Part shown: piece by piece, positions 11,831 to 25,965 of the stretch | Layout of the letters: each line of letters begins with the position of its first letter | How positions within the stretch are numbered: position 1 is the first letter of the stretch | Origin: Octopus vulgaris | Taxonomy: Eukaryota | DNA length: 64,000 nt | Reading direction: 5' to 3' | NCBI GenBank assembly: GCA_951406725.2 | Contig: OX597823.1 | Span: forward strand, 15,438,001-15,502,000 | Made by a program: the position numbers and the translations under genes | Notes under the pieces: model-generated | The model's input: the letters and a program-made list of their open reading frames with translations, nothing else | What the model was told of the DNA's origin: nothing | Database searches by the model: none

Positions 11831-12437
11831 TTAGAAATAGAGGTAACTCGAATGTGGAGTTCAAAAACAGAAACAATTCCTATCATTATAGGCGCGTTAG
11901 ATGTGATAAAAAGACTCCGCCGGTTACGACGACGAGGGTCCCAGCTGATACGATCAACGGAACAGCTTGCTCGTGAAATTAACGTGCAAATGGCTGAGCA
12001 TTCCACAGACACGTGTACCCTTAACGTAGTTCTCGGGGATAATCAGCGTGACACAGAGAGTGACAAGGCTGACCCTTTAAAATACAAGTACAACTCATTT
12101 TTGCCAGCTGAGTGGACTGGAGCAACGTGAAATAAAGTGTCTTGCTCAAGGACACAACGCGTCGCCGGGAATCGAACTCACAACCTTACGATCATGAGCC
12201 GAATACCCTAACCACTAAGCCACGCGCCCTCACAAATGTGATAAAATAATATTCAGACAAATACATAACAAAAACATCAGGACTAACAAGATATATAACA
12301 TACAGAAAATAGCACGACTAGTCACCGCACACAGCCTACGTAAAACACTTTCAGTACGGTGAAAATAAGAGCAACACAACAAACCACAGCACATACCCAA
12401 AGTACACAGACCTGCGTTCGGTAGTGCAGTGAAAGCA
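11831..12437 (+). mobile_element. R4/Dong-type RLE LINE 3' end inside (TAA)n, split by a SINE
   Basis: LEIEVTRMWSSKTETIPIIIGALDVIK / YSDKYITKTSGL...IQKIA..VTAHSLRKTLS matches the RLE C-terminus; (TAA)n on both sides. Confidence 0.75.
11912..12235 (-). mobile_element. tRNA-derived SINE with 11-bp TSD
   Basis: TSD ATGTGATAAAA at 11901-11911 and 12236-12246; head GGGCGCGTGGCTTAGTGG...GAGTTCGATTCCC on the - strand. Confidence 0.85.
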
Positions 12438-12493
<56 letters not shown>

Positions 12494-12495
<2 letters not shown>

Positions 12496-13049
12496 GCCCT
12501 GATGCAGTACCAGGCAGTGGCTCTCATGGCTTCTGATCTTAACTGATTGGAAGTGTTATCATGTACATTGTTTTGTCTTGGTATAAACGATGGGCTACAG
12601 CAAATATTCTGCTCAATACCACAGATTTGCTTGTCAGTTGCTTGACCTTAACCAGTTGAGCATGTCCCTTAGTGGCTGACGATATGTGCATCTCTGATCA
12701 GGAGCAGAAGTAGTGGGGGAGCATCATAGTCGTATGTTGAAAGGAATTATTAGAGGTTTGGATAATTCACCTTTGGAAACACGAGTGGTTCGTTCAACAT
12801 CCTTAAACAATCCTTATTAAGGGACCTTTTGAGCGGGATGGGCTACTCAACCTGAAGAAAATTCTAACTGGGCCCCACCTGCAAGGTCGTGCGCTGTTTA
12901 TCTTGATATGAGATCACCATGTCGCGCACATATGGTTGTGATGCATGTGCCTGGTGTACCTTTATCAGACGGGTAGTCATGATGGGTATATTGGGCTTCG
13001 TATATTTTACCCCAGTGTCACTTTGATGGCATGAACTGCTCTCTCACTC
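12494..13049. mobile_element. Unclassified ~555-bp element embedded in (TAA)n
   Basis: Complex non-coding sequence bounded exactly by (TAA)n arrays on both sides. Confidence 0.5.
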
Positions 13050-13062
13050 AATAATAATAATG

Positions 13063-13125
<63 letters not shown>

Positions 13126-13454
13126 TAACCGTTTCTAATATAAAAACAAGGCTACAAACTTGGAGCAGAGTTAGTCAATGAAATCGACAGCTGTACTTAA
13201 TCTGTATTTCGTTGAGCCTTCGAAGATAAAAGGCGAAGTTCACTTCAGTGAGATTTGAACTCAGAATATAAAGCTGTATAACTAAGCGTAAATTAATGAG
13301 AAGGTGCATATAGTTATTTAAAGTGGCTTAGAGCGATTAAAATGTCGTGGCGGGTTTCACTCGTCAGAAGTCTGCATTTTATGGACGGATTACTGGGAGA
13401 TAAAGCGAGAAAGCGTCCATGGTTTTATTCTTGTTGTTGTTGTTTTAAACGCCA

Positions 13455-13685
13455 GTTGGCCGTTCGCCAGCCTCGTCTGGTACCTGTGTCGGTGGCACAT
13501 AAAAAGCACCCACTACACTCACAGAGTGGTTGGCGTTAGGAAGGGCATCCAGCTGTAGAAACACTGCCAGATCTGACTGGCCTGGTGCAGCCTTCGGGCT
13601 TCCCAGACCCCAGTTGAACCGTCCAACCCATGCTAGCATGGAAAGCGGACGTTAAACGATGATGATGATGATGATGATGATGATC
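13455..13685 (+). mobile_element. RTE-type 3' end with (GAT)n tail
   Basis: GGCGTTAGGAAGGGCATCCAGC...CGGACGTTAAAC(GAT)n; same family as 60823-61447, which retains an RTE C-terminus. Confidence 0.7.
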
Positions 13686-14064
13686 AGCCCCGACTGAACA
13701 GAACCCTTACTAAAATAGCAATAATTACAGTAACGGTATTGGTGTGTGATTAAGGAACCCTCGCTTTGTAAGCGCGTAGTTTCGGATTCAGTTCCACTGC
13801 GTGGGACCTTTGGCAAATGTCTTCTACTATAGCCTCAGGCCGACTAATGCCTTCAGTGTATTAGTAGACGGAAACTGTGTGTGTTTGTGTGCGTGTGTGT
13901 ATATAAACATACACACGCGCTCATACACTCACACACACATACACAACAGGCTACCTATATATATGAGCGCGTGTATGTGTTGTGTGTTTGTCACTTCACC
14001 CCCACATGACAACTGGTATTGGTTTGTTTACGTCCGTAACTTGACGGTTCGATAAAAGAGACCT

Positions 14065-15408
14065 TTAACAGCTGCCAACGGGTCCATAATCGAGGCGTAC
14101 GGTCGCCGCATCCTTTCTCTCAACATCAACTCACAAAAATACACATGGGCATTCACTATCGCTGATGTTCATCAGCCGATTCTCGGAGCAGACTTTCATC
14201 GAGCACACTTGTTACTGGTTGATTTGTAGGGTATACGACTCATCAACAGCAACACATACGCTTTCGTGTCTCTGCACATGCCGCACCCCGCATAGCAACC
14301 GTCTCTCAGATCGAGAACGAATTCTCGAATGTCCTTGCGAGTCGTCCCAATCTCACTACCTCGACATTCTCCAAACCTACAGCCCGCCACGGAATGACAC
14401 ACCATATCTCCCACCGACCCCCTAGTGCACAGCCGCGCACGTCGTCTATCACCAGACAAACTTGCAATAGCAAAGACCGAGTTTAATAATATGGAAGCGT
14501 TGAGCATAGTTCGCCATTCAAGCAGTCACCTCTTGTCGTCACCTCTGCATGTGACCCCTAAACCCAACGGAGGTTATCGACTCTGCGGAGATTTGCACCG
14601 TTTCAACGCAGATACGACACTTGGCTGCTACCCCGTTTCGCACATACAGAATTCCAAATGAAAATCTCAACACTTCCTCCGCGGAAATGGTGTATGCTGC
14701 CCCTCTTTGAGTGCCAGGTGAGTTCCTTCCGAATACGAAGTCAGACCCAGATGTCAAAAGGTACCCCGCTCAACTGAGAGACAGCGTGGGCTAGTTGCAC
14801 CCTATTCCCATGTCAACAGACGCTACACCCAGATCATCCGTACCGAACGATCTCCGCACGGCAAACTTTGTGTTCGTTCGATGTGACACACGACGAAAAT
14901 CCCTCCAGTCACTCTTCGATGGTCCATATGAAGTTATATGTCCGGAGGTCAAATCATTTCAACTCCTAATTGGCAGACGGCAAGACACAGCTTTCATCGA
15001 TAGGTTGAAACTGGCCGACCTCGATACTGACAGCCCCGTCCAGGAAGCTTAACCGCCAAGCAGGGGCCTTCCCAGGTACACCACACCAACCCTCGGCAAG
15101 GAACAGTCACCAAAGAGCCGAGTAACCACGCGCACGAGCAGGACAATTAAAACGCCTTCCCAGTTCCAGTGACAGTTAACAATTCTGTGGAGGAGCGATG
15201 TAGGGCAGGATTTACGACAGACGAACCGTAGATAGGAACTTCTCAGCAGGCTAGCAAGGGAGCTGGCTTGTAGCGAGGTAGACCTCTGGTTGAGCGAGCT
15301 TCGAAGAGAAAGAAGTAACTGGTGACTGTCGCCCTTATGTACTTAAAGGAATAAATCTTTCACTAACACATTCTCGTCTCCATGAGTTTATTTGTGTATA
15401 GCTTAACA
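14065..15408 (+). mobile_element. Decayed, internally deleted Gypsy LTR retrotransposon with 3' LTR
   Basis: Protease-like LTAANGS...ILGADF; RT start RRLSPDKL..SSPLHVTPKPNGGYRLCGD; integrase tail FVFVR...FDGPYEV...IDRLK; purine tract GGAGGAGCGA followed by a TG...CA LTR at 15199 to about 15408. Confidence 0.8.
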
Positions 15409-16157
15409 AAGTTATAGCACATTTAAGGGTATATTTGGCTGTTGTTTTTAATGAGTCGAGTAATCAAGTAAAGATTCCGAAGTTAGTATCATAAGACACA
15501 TGAAACTACTTCAACCGGAGCCCTAAACTGCAGGGCGGACTCTGTCCCTCAGAAGTGGAATTTTATTCCATTCTGCCTGCCATACAGTTTCTATAATAAA
15601 GTTTGCAAGCTTTTATTCTGAACGTTGGCCTAAATAACTGAATTATTTAGCTTTAGTGTGATGTAAACACTTCGCTTTGTTCTGCAGATAAACATGTTCA
15701 GACACATTGCAGAAAGTGTGAACACAATTCATCGATATCCGGATTAAGCAAAACAGAAACAGACAAATACACATCGTTGTTATAGTTGTTTTCATAAACT
15801 CTCACCTGCAACTCCGCCCCCAGCATACAAAGAACAACACCTTTTTCTTTCTTTTCTACTAACGGTAAGAATTGTCACAATCACAATTCTACACTATCAT
15901 CAATAACCATGCCCTATGTGAGATTATGAGGTTATATTATTTGGTAGCTTTTTGTTTTTGTTTTTTTTTTATGGTGGGGTCCACAAGTATATTTACAATT
16001 ACTTAGGGATGGTTCAAACAGTAGAGTGTTAGACAAAACACTTTAAGGTATGTCAGTACTTTATCTTCCGTACTTAAATTGTTTGGCTTTTAGCCTTCCA
16101 AAGATGATAAAAGAAGTCTAAATAGCAATCGGCATCAACGTTATCGATCATGTGTGT

Positions 16158-16223
<66 letters not shown>

Positions 16224-16360
16224 CGGGAGAAATAAAGGAAGAGAGAGAGATCATGGAATAGCCAAAATTTCAATTGAAGGATTTTCAATTATTAAAATGG
16301 ATCTGCCAAAACCGTCTAATAATTTAATCGGCTATATTGTATATATATATATCTGTGTAA

Positions 16361-16697
16361 TGCGGCGAGCTGGCAGAAACGTTAGCACGCCGGGCGAAAT
16401 GCGTAGCCGTATTTCGTCTGTCGTTACGTTCCGAGTTCAAATTCCGCCGAGGTCCACTTTGCCTTTCATCCTTTCGGGGTCGATAAATTAAGTACCAGTT
16501 ACGCACTGGAGTCGATGTAATCGACTTAATTGCTATGTCTGTCCTTGTTTGTCCTTTCTATGTTTAGCCCCTTGTGGGTAATAAAGAAATAGATATTTTG
16601 TCTGCCGCTACGTTCTGAGTTCAAATTCCGCCGGAATCGACTTTGCCTTTCATTCTTTCGGGGTCGATTAAATAAGTACCAGTTACGCACTGGATCG

Positions 16698-16700
<3 letters not shown>
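16361..16700 (+). mobile_element. SINE family C (tandem partial copies)
   Basis: GGCGAGCTGGCAGAA...GAGTTCAAATTCCGCC...CTTTGCCTTTCATCCTTTCGGGGTCGAT; related copies near 11305(-), 40090(-), 40440, 50130 and 50420. Confidence 0.7.
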
Positions 16701-16735
<35 letters not shown>

Positions 16736-16835
16736 ATCCCCCCCAAAAAAAGAAAACGAAGAAAAACATAAGAAGAAAATAATACAACAACGCGAGGACG
16801 TGGTACATGCAATGCAAAGTATCATATATATATAT

Positions 16836-17185
16836 CAGGCACGTGCCGTCGATAATTTTGTCAGGGTAGGCAGTTGGTTACCTTTATGTAACAAAGCAAA
16901 GAAAAAGCGAAACACAGGCGCGCGTCTGAGTAGAAGGCAGATTTACTTCTGCCTTTAGAACACATAAAGAAAACGATGTTTTAGAAATGTATGCAGCACG
17001 TGTACTGCAGCAGCACAATGCGTAGCTTAAAATCTATGCATTTTATGCATAGTAATAATCAAACTAACACTCATAACTTTATTGAATTAGGTGCATATTT
17101 TGCCATGAGAGGAAACTGTTGCTATCGATCTATTTTATTCAAGGTAGACACTATCTACCTTGCCTACCCAGGCGGCCCGTCCCTA
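16836..17185. mobile_element. Degenerate MITE (hAT-like ends)
   Basis: CAGGCACGTGCCGTC...GGGTAGGCA versus TGCCTACCC.GGCGGCCCGTCCCT imperfect TIRs. Confidence 0.45.
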
Positions 17186-18839
17186 ACATATACGAAGGTC
17201 TTCTTTCAGCTTTCATCTACCAAATCCACTCGCAAGGTTTTGGTCAGCCCGAGACTATAGTAGAAGACACTTGGCCAAAGTGGCACGTTGTGGGACTGGG
17301 TGAGATATTTGTAGAATAAAATCAAGAACATGCAAGCAAGCATACGTACATGGGTACATACATAAATGCATACATGCATACGTACCTGTGTAAACATGTC
17401 AAATTATTGAAGATATATGCGTGTATTTGTTACTGTACACGGGAAATGTCATTTTTGCAATAAAGATTATACCCTGATTATATTTCACTTCTTATTACCG
17501 ATTAGTCACTAATCTGGATCTGTTCAGTTTGGCTCACGGATTTTTTATTAATTTTTTTAACTAAACAGTTTGAAACTTCATATACTGGTGTAATTTTTCA
17601 CACAGAACATGGTTTACTCTGAACATTTTTGACAAAATTTCGTATTTTAGAAGTTATTTCGTGTTAAAGTTGTCGTATTTGAGTACTTTTAACCCATCAA
17701 CGACGTGTATTCGGTTGAAGAAAGCTACTGCTGTTTGCAATACTAATCGAAGAGGAACAACTTCCGGGTCATCGCTACTAAATTCCACCATTCTGTTCTA
17801 TTCGTATGTTACCCTTTCTTCCTTTCTAGTCAGCACCGTGCATTCCTTACTCTTTCCCTTTCTAGTGGCAGACAGCCACTTCTCCACAATCAACTACCGG
17901 TTGGTAGCGAGCGAACTTGTCACTGCCACTACAATTACCGTATTTTCCGGTGTATAAGCTGCTATTTTTTTACCTGGAAAATTTAGTGTGCGGCTTATAG
18001 AAAGGTGCGCCTAATATGTGTACATTTTTATAAGTTTCAGGAGGAAAATAGTTTGTATATGGAGATCGACTGATTCCACTGAGGTGAGGGCTGTTAAGCC
18101 AAGACGATGGCTTATTATGAATGCTAGAAAGACGAGGTAAAAGCACGTCTTGACTTTACGAGGGAAGTGGGTGTGTCTGTCCTACGTGTACATTTTGTAG
18201 CATTTAATGCATTTTTCATTTATGGAATATATATAAACTTACTGTTAACAAAAGTCGGGATACGTGGCGTACAGTTATTCGGGATACGTGGCGTACATTT
18301 TTAACTTTAAATTTAAATAATTTAAATTTTGAATTTTATATTTTATATATTTTGTGAATTATATTAATTAATTTTATTTCTATGTTTTGGTTTATGTTTT
18401 TCACTGTTTGATTTGCCTAATAGTGGTTTTATCTCTAATTTAATATATATATCTATACTGTAAAATTAGATTTAATCCTAATTCTAATTTTTCCCTGTAA
18501 GTTTGGATTTACTCCCTAATATTATTATATATATATTTATATATATATTACTCCCTAATATTATATATATATATGTATTTGTATATATAAATATACAAAT
18601 ACATATGCATATGTATTTGTATATGTGTATGTACGCATGTATGTATATAGGTATGTGTATGTGCGTGCGTGCGTGTGTATGTGTGTGTGTGTATCATTTT
18701 TCTTGTCTTTTATTTATGTTTCTATAAACTTATTTAGTGACACTCTCTGCAGTTCTCCCCCTGTTATTACAAATGCGTGTATACGTGTGTATGTGTTTGT
18801 GTTTGCGTGCGTGCGTGCGTTTGTGTGTGTGCGTTTGTG

Positions 18840-18894
<55 letters not shown>

Positions 18895-19204
18895 TTGTGT
18901 CTATGTATGTATTTATGTTTGAGCGCCTGTAAGCGTTTGCGCTTGTTTGTTAATTTACCTATCGACATGTCAGACCGCACCTTTTCTCCACCTACACAGT
19001 AACTTACAAAGATAAGTATGTATATAAATATTCATATCTGTATTTAATGTATGTTTGGGTGTTCATTCGTTTATCCTTAAGATTTACTGAAGTTCTTTTT
19101 CATAGAATTCAAACCGGACATTCAGTAAGTACTTACATTGTTGTAGGCGTCATATTTTCAAGAATTTTTGAAAATATGATTGAGTTAGTGAGTGTATATA
19201 TGTA

Positions 19205-21248
19205 TCGTGTTTCCCCAAAAATAAGACCTACTCTGAAAATAAGCCCTACCATGTTTTTTCAGGATGTTTTTAATATAAGTCCTACTCCGAAAATAAGACC
19301 TAGTCAAAAAAGGCTAAGCGAGCATGCACGGAGTTGATTCCCTTGGCTTGACTCCCTTGTTTCCTAGGCCAGATGAGTGCAAAAAGAAAGAGATATTCCG
19401 TGGAGTACAAGAAAGGAATTGTGGAAGAGTCACATAATAAGAATCTTATGGCTTTCTGTAAGAAGATGTTGAATCTCCAAATGGTTCGAAAATGGCAAGC
19501 AGAGTACGAAAATCTCAGCAGACGGGTGGAAGAGAAAAGTGCTAAGAAGCGCAAGTGCGGATCAGGTCAACAACCGTTATTTTCGGAGCTGGAAGATATC
19601 ACCTCGAGATGGATTGCTGACAGAAGAACAAAGGGTTTGGTTGCACGCAGGGTTGATATTCAAGAATTTGCTCTTGCCATGGCACCACAGTTGGACATAC
19701 TGCCAGAGATATTCGAAGCATCACATCATTGATTGGATAACTTCCTTCGGCAATATGAGCTCTCTCTAAGGAGATCGACAGCACTCTCTGTTCAAGCTGA
19801 AGGATGCTGAAGTGAATCATCGTGCACTTGCATTCAAATCCGTTGATGGCATCGACTTTTCTAAACACCATCTCTCCAATATAATTGCTATGGAAGAAAC
19901 TGTCATATTTATGGCCCAAGGATCTAAAACGACAATTGAACAGACAGGTGCCTCGTCACTCTGTGTTGCCTGTATTTCAGAAATTCGTCTTGATGGAAAT
20001 AAAGTCCCACCGCTTATAATCACAAAGAGCAAAAAAGAGAAAATAGAACGAGTTTCGGACATTTATGTCCTTGAAACGAAAAAGGCTTGGTGCAAACAAG
20101 CTGTTATTAGAAAATGGGTTGATTTAACTATGTCACTTGTTTTACATGGTTCTCAAGTGGAGGCGCAATGGCCCAGTGGTTAGGGCAGCGGACTCGCGGT
20201 CGGAGGATCGCGGTTTCGATTCCCAGACCGGGCATTGTGAGTGTTTATTGAGCGAAAACAACTAAAGCTCCACGAGGCTCCGGCAGGGGGTGGTGGTGAA
20301 CCCTGCTGTACTCTTTCACCACAACATTCTCTCACTCTTACTTCCTGTTTCTGTTGTACCTGTATTTCAAGGGGCCAGCTTTGTCACATTCTGTGTGTCA
20401 CGCTGAATCTCCTCGAGAACTACGTTAAGGGTACACGTGTCTATGGAGTGCTCAGCCACTTGCACGTTAATATCACGAGCAAGCTGTTCCGTTGATCGTA
20501 TCAGCTGGGACCCTCATCGACGCAACCGACGGAGTGCTCCTACCTACATGGTTCTCAAAGAGGATTTTTGTCTGGGATTTGGCCAGTACTCATTGCGCAA
20601 AAGATATGAAAACCTTCCTTTCTGAAAGAAGATTTGACCATATGATGATTCCCTCGGAGATGGCTTCATGTCTACAAACATTAGCTCTTGTAATAAACAA
20701 GCCCTTCAAGGATTATTTGCGGATGGAAATGAATAAATATATCGAACATAGAATGGGGAGAAATCAGCGTGGAAACTTTGACAAACCCAACTTCCAAGAA
20801 GTCGTGAATTGGGTAAAGAATTCATGGAATAAAATTACCGACAGTTGCGTTACCAGTGCACGACGAGTAGGGTACTTGGACAAAGAATGTTCATTTAAGA
20901 AAACATGAGAGATTAGGATCCCTGGTACTACAGGATATGAATTTGCAAGAAATTCAGTCTGAAGTTTGGGGTTTGATGATTTATGATTATGTTCTAGAAG
21001 AGGACGAAATGTTTGTACTTGACTAAAAGCAATAAGCAAATAAATAAACTTTTGATAACTAAACACATGGGTTTCCTGTTTTACAAATTTTCATTTTTAC
21101 ACGAGGACATGAGACTTTTTAGTCTTTCTTGGATTTTTCCGCAAAAATATAAGACATCCACTGAAAATAAGCCCTAGTGCGTTTTTTTTTTTTTTTTTTT
21201 GGATGCAAGATTAATATAAGACAGGGTCTTATTTTTGGAGAAACACGG
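19205..21248 (+). mobile_element. pogo/Tigger-type DNA transposon with decayed transposase
   Basis: TIRs TCGTGTTTCCCCAAAAATAAGACC / GGTCTTATTTTTGGAGAAACACGG with TA TSD; broken ORF with N-terminal HTH (MSAKRKRYSVEYK), CENP-B-like HTH and DDE_1-like region (WDLASTH, INKPFKDYLR). Confidence 0.9.
20157..20544 (+). mobile_element. SINE family B inserted in the pogo transposase, 14-bp TSD
   Basis: TSD TACATGGTTCTCAA at 20143-20156 and 20545-20558; A box TGGCCCAGTGG, B box GTTTCGATTCC. Confidence 0.9.
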
Positions 21249-21494
21249 TAGGTATATGTGTAGACATATTTGAACTTACGCAATGGGTATATTGACCCCT
21301 TTCAGTGCACTTGTTTTCACGATTACTCTCTATCATGTGTGGATCAGAAGTAGATGTTAAGAAACCTTAACATCTACTTCACAGATAACCTGTTCCATGG
21401 GTGTGTGGGCATAGTTTCAAATACTTTACATTTTATTCGCTTTATTCTTACATATTACATGTAATTGTCTTAACTACTTTTGGGCATGTGTATA

Positions 21495-21876
21495 CAGGGT
21501 GTCCCAGAAAGATTCACCCATATTTAAAATTCTTCCTAAAGAATATCGATTCAGGTAATATTATCTACATTTTACTATCTACATTTCTACATTTTAGTTT
21601 GCTATCTGGTCCATCTTAGAGTGTAGTGTTTCTGCTCGGTCCTATTCAAATGTGTCAGATCTGAAGAAAGCCTTCCTGTCTTCATGGATCATAAAGAGGT
21701 GGTACGGTGCTCATTCAAGTCAGTGATCAAAGTAAAACTTGGTCATTTGAAATGTAATTACTGCAATGGATTGACAATTTACATTAGAACGTGTGTGCGG
21801 AATTTCATTATCCTATCTTACGTTTATTTCGAATACTTAAGAAATATCAATGGGTATATCTTTCTGAGACGCCTTG
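21495..21876. mobile_element. Tc1/mariner-type MITE
   Basis: TA|CAGGGTGTCCCAGAAAGATTCACCCAT ... ATGGGTATATCTTTCTGAGACGCCTTG|TA. Confidence 0.75.
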
Positions 21877-22724
21877 TAAAAACTGCAATCCTCTGCCAAA
21901 TCACGTTGGACCAGTGCGGCAGAGTAGGTTCATCAATCTAGTATGATTTCAAACCCAAATTCACGGCCTCCACATCGGACCGTGATTGATGTAGAGAACA
22001 TACTGAGGCCTTCGTCCTGCAATAGACTGAACATTGACAATCCAATCCAATCCATTCTTACATATCCTGGTTGCTAAGCCTTAACTGTATGAAGTAGTTC
22101 TGTTTCTTAGTTTTCTTGCTTTGTTCTGTTTGTTTTTATTGTACTTGTTTCTACCCAATACTAGCCCACTTATTCCCTTTAGATACCCATTCAGCGATTG
22201 CTAGTAAAGCTTCATAAAACGTTTTGATTATCGAATACAAGGAAAGATTTTTGCATCAATAACCAACGACCAGGTTTTTTTACTTTTGCTTCCCTACCCA
22301 GAAATTTTCATATCACAGAGATGTAGAGGATATATCCACGCATGACAATTCGATTGAATACTGGTGGAATGTCCCTGTCAAGACTTTAATAAAATGCATG
22401 CACAACAAGCCAGATATAAACGATCTAGGTCTAAGAAATAAAATTGTGCAGTAGTTAAAATCAACGGATGTTAACATAATGTTAAAGGTTAGCGAAAAAG
22501 AAAGCATCGAAACCGAACTGATCAGAAATCTACAGTGAACTCATAGCGACTCATAGCTTGAGATTCCTGCCAATAATTATTAGAACATTTGTTTACGTGG
22601 CTAAATGTCACGGCACCAATCTTGAGAAGTTGGATTTCACAAAATCAGAAAGAGCAAGCCTAATCAAGAGATTACAGCTACAAATTGTCCAAAATGTGTA
22701 AAATAGCAAATTCAGCATGTAATG

Positions 22725-23020
22725 TCGGTTACGACGAGGGTCCCGGTTGATACGATCAACGGAACAGCTTTCTTGTGAAGTTAACGTGCAAGTGGCTGAG
22801 AGCTCCACAGATACGTGTACCCTTAACGTAGTTCTCAGGGAGATTCAGTGTGACACAGAGTGTGACAAGGCTAGTCCTTTGATAAACAGGTACTACTCAT
22901 TTTTGCCAGCTGAGTGGACTGGAGCAACGTGAAATAAAGAGTCTTGCTTAGGGACATAACACATCGCCAAGAATTGAACTCGCGACCTCGAAATCGTGAG
23001 CAGAATACTCTAACCACCAA
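22725..23020 (-). mobile_element. SINE related to 11912-12235
   Basis: Shared body GATACGATCAACGGAACAGC...TTTTGCCAGCTGAGTGGACTGGAGCAAC. Confidence 0.75.
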
Positions 23021-23357
23021 GACTTCACTTCAGCATGTAATAAGATCCTCGTATACAATGTCTTCCATGCCTCTTCCTATATGTACATGTGCACATACAT
23101 ATTCATATGCATACATGTATACACGCATATCTATGCACATCACACATGCATATACATACAGAGATGTATGCATACATATATAAATACAAGACTATGCTGT
23201 GTGATGCTATCATACACACACGCACACATACAGACACACCTGCACACATACATACATACGTACATACATACGTACATACATACATACATACATACATACA
23301 TACATACATACATACACACATGCACACACACATACATACACACATCTATATACATAC

Positions 23358-25093
23358 ATGATGATGGCTACCCCCTCCTTATCGAGTATGGCCATTACAC
23401 GAGGCTTAACTGTTAACGGTGCTGTGATCGAAGGTGACTTTTTAGCCCAGCTAAAGATCTACAATGTTCTTGTACAGAATTGGCAGCTAAAACCTTCACT
23501 GGCAATAGCCGGTTGTAGTTGTAATTGGGTTTCATGTACCTTTGCATGTCGTTTAAGTCCTCCCACCGAATCACACTCCCTTCTACATGCCTGACAGATA
23601 TGATTAGTATGATGTGTAGCACGACCACCAGCGGCTTGGTAGCCAATCATCGGTCTCACTTTATGACTACGAAGATGACTCTTGAGGCAGAGTCTTGCAC
23701 AGACACTACATGTCAGCGTCATAAGAAGACCCTTAGCGTCTGGAAGTGCAACAGCGATGCCCTTCCTGACATTCCTCCTTACTTTCTCATGCGCAACTCG
23801 ATAAATCTCAAAAGTAGCTGTCCCCTCATGCACAATCCTTCTCCATCTGCTACGATCAATAGCTATGCCCTCCCATGTGTCAGGAGAGATGCTATCATCT
23901 CTCAAGGAAGCCTTCAGAAAATCTTTATACTTCTCTTTTGGTTTATACCACTCCTTCCTCTCCTCTAAATTCTTCATCTCTCCTTTTCCAAAAGAATGTA
24001 TATTTTCTACAAGATACTGTAAGAAGACCATCTCTAACTAATCTCGTCTCAGATAAAGCAACGATGTCAAGATCATAGCGTCGAAGCTCCTTCGCAACAA
24101 GAGCAGTCCTTCGTTCAGAACATTCTGAGGACTTGCGGTCAAGCAGTGTCCGTAAATTCCAACAGCCAATATTCAATATTTTATTTGGTTCTATCACAGT
24201 AGCACGATGACGGCCGGGTTCAGACTGTGATGCTCTGGAGCCCCTGCCGGGCCAGACTCTTTCATCTGATGTGGTTCTAGAGTCCTTACTTCCATTTATT
24301 TTTATACTGTTTTGGTACATCATTGATTGTTTGCTTTTTAAGGCTACAGCCAGCAATTCAGTTGAGACTCACAGCGCTATCAACAATCATCAATTAGTTA
24401 ATTAATTAATTAATTAATTAATCAATGTTTTTATCGTGCAATACATGTGCAAGAAGACTTTTTTAAAGTGAGAAAAGGCTGTGCATTGAGTCAATCCCAC
24501 TCACTAAGCAACAGCAGCCATAACCCGAAAAGAACAAGTCAATATCATCGGTAACCACGGAGCCGCAGGTTTTATGTTGGAGTTATCCCAGTTACCTGAG
24601 TTGCCTTCTCCTAGAAGGATGCCTTAACAAGGGCTAGGAATCCTTCACTCCCAATGATTAACTGCGCGATCGGGTATTCAGTTCAATTATTTCTATGTCC
24701 CTGCGCAAGATACAGCCATAAGCTGGATAAAATAAAATAGACATAAGAAAAAAAAACATGTACAATATATAGAAAATATTGATATACAATATATACAAAT
24801 AAATATACCATATGGAATACATAAAAATATATATAATGAGCAAACTATAAAAATATAAAATATATAAAATTAGTGAGAAAAGGGGGATTTACTTTAAATA
24901 CATAATTACACACATATTGGACGGCCGTTGACTCTCAAGAGTTCCTCTACTCTTTGACGGGTTTTGTTTTTCATCCCGCAGGGTGTCCAATAAACACCCT
25001 CCTCACCAAGCAAGCTTGGTGGGGTTGCCGGTTTAGTCGCCGACGGCCCGACGACGCAACAGGTTGCACTGGGTTACATGTTACCAGTAGCAC
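23358..25093 (-). mobile_element. Internally deleted RTE (BovB-like) LINE with C2H2 zinc fingers
   Basis: 5' UTR about 25093-24440; APE N-terminus NIGCWNLRTLLD..ERRTALVAKELRRYDLDIVALSETRL joined near 23945 to the C-terminus YKDFLKASL..DRSRWR; three CxxC...LxxH..H fingers; (TACA)n on both sides. Confidence 0.85.
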
Positions 25094-25126
25094 ATAATAT
25101 ATACATACATATATACATACATACAT

Positions 25127-25194
<68 letters not shown>

Positions 25195-25965
25195 ACATAC
25201 ATACATACATACATACATACATACACATACATACATACATACATACATACATACATACATACATACATACATCGTGACTGTCGATTCGTAGGCGTGTCTG
25301 ACCACCACATACATATTATCATATCCTAGATGTTGAAAACAATGGCTGTCTATAATATCCGTGCAGAAGTTCAAAATCACTAACAGCTTGCACAACATCG
25401 CTAAAACTCTCACCTACAAAGTCAAGTACACCAGAACCAAGCATAATCAAGATCTTCGGCTTTGTAATAAGATCAGTGTAATTTCGGAATTTATTTCTCC
25501 TAGGGAGATGTCTAGGGCACTTAAAGACTAGGAACCTCCCAATCCCATCTGTAGGATGGCCGTTGACTCTACTGAGTTTTATTCAACCTTTGACAGATTT
25601 TCAACGAAAGCCACCCCGATTACCAATCAGGCTTCGTTGAGTTGCCTGTTCTGTCGCCGACGGCCCGGCAATGTGATAGGTTGTAGAGGGTTACATGTTA
25701 TCCTTGACACTAAGAGTGACTAAATATACATTCACACATGCATACATACATAGATACATGCCTACATACATGCATGCATACATACATACATTCATACATA
25801 CATGTATACATACATATATACATACATACGCACATACATACATAACTGTATACATGCATACATACAGACATACATACATACGCACATATATACATTAATG
25901 CATACATGCATACATGCACACATACATAGACACATGCATACATACATATATAAAAAATAATAAAT

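Noticed and set aside
20157-20230. tRNA gene
   Set aside because: The A/B boxes belong to a SINE head with a long body and TSD; the same applies to the other copies
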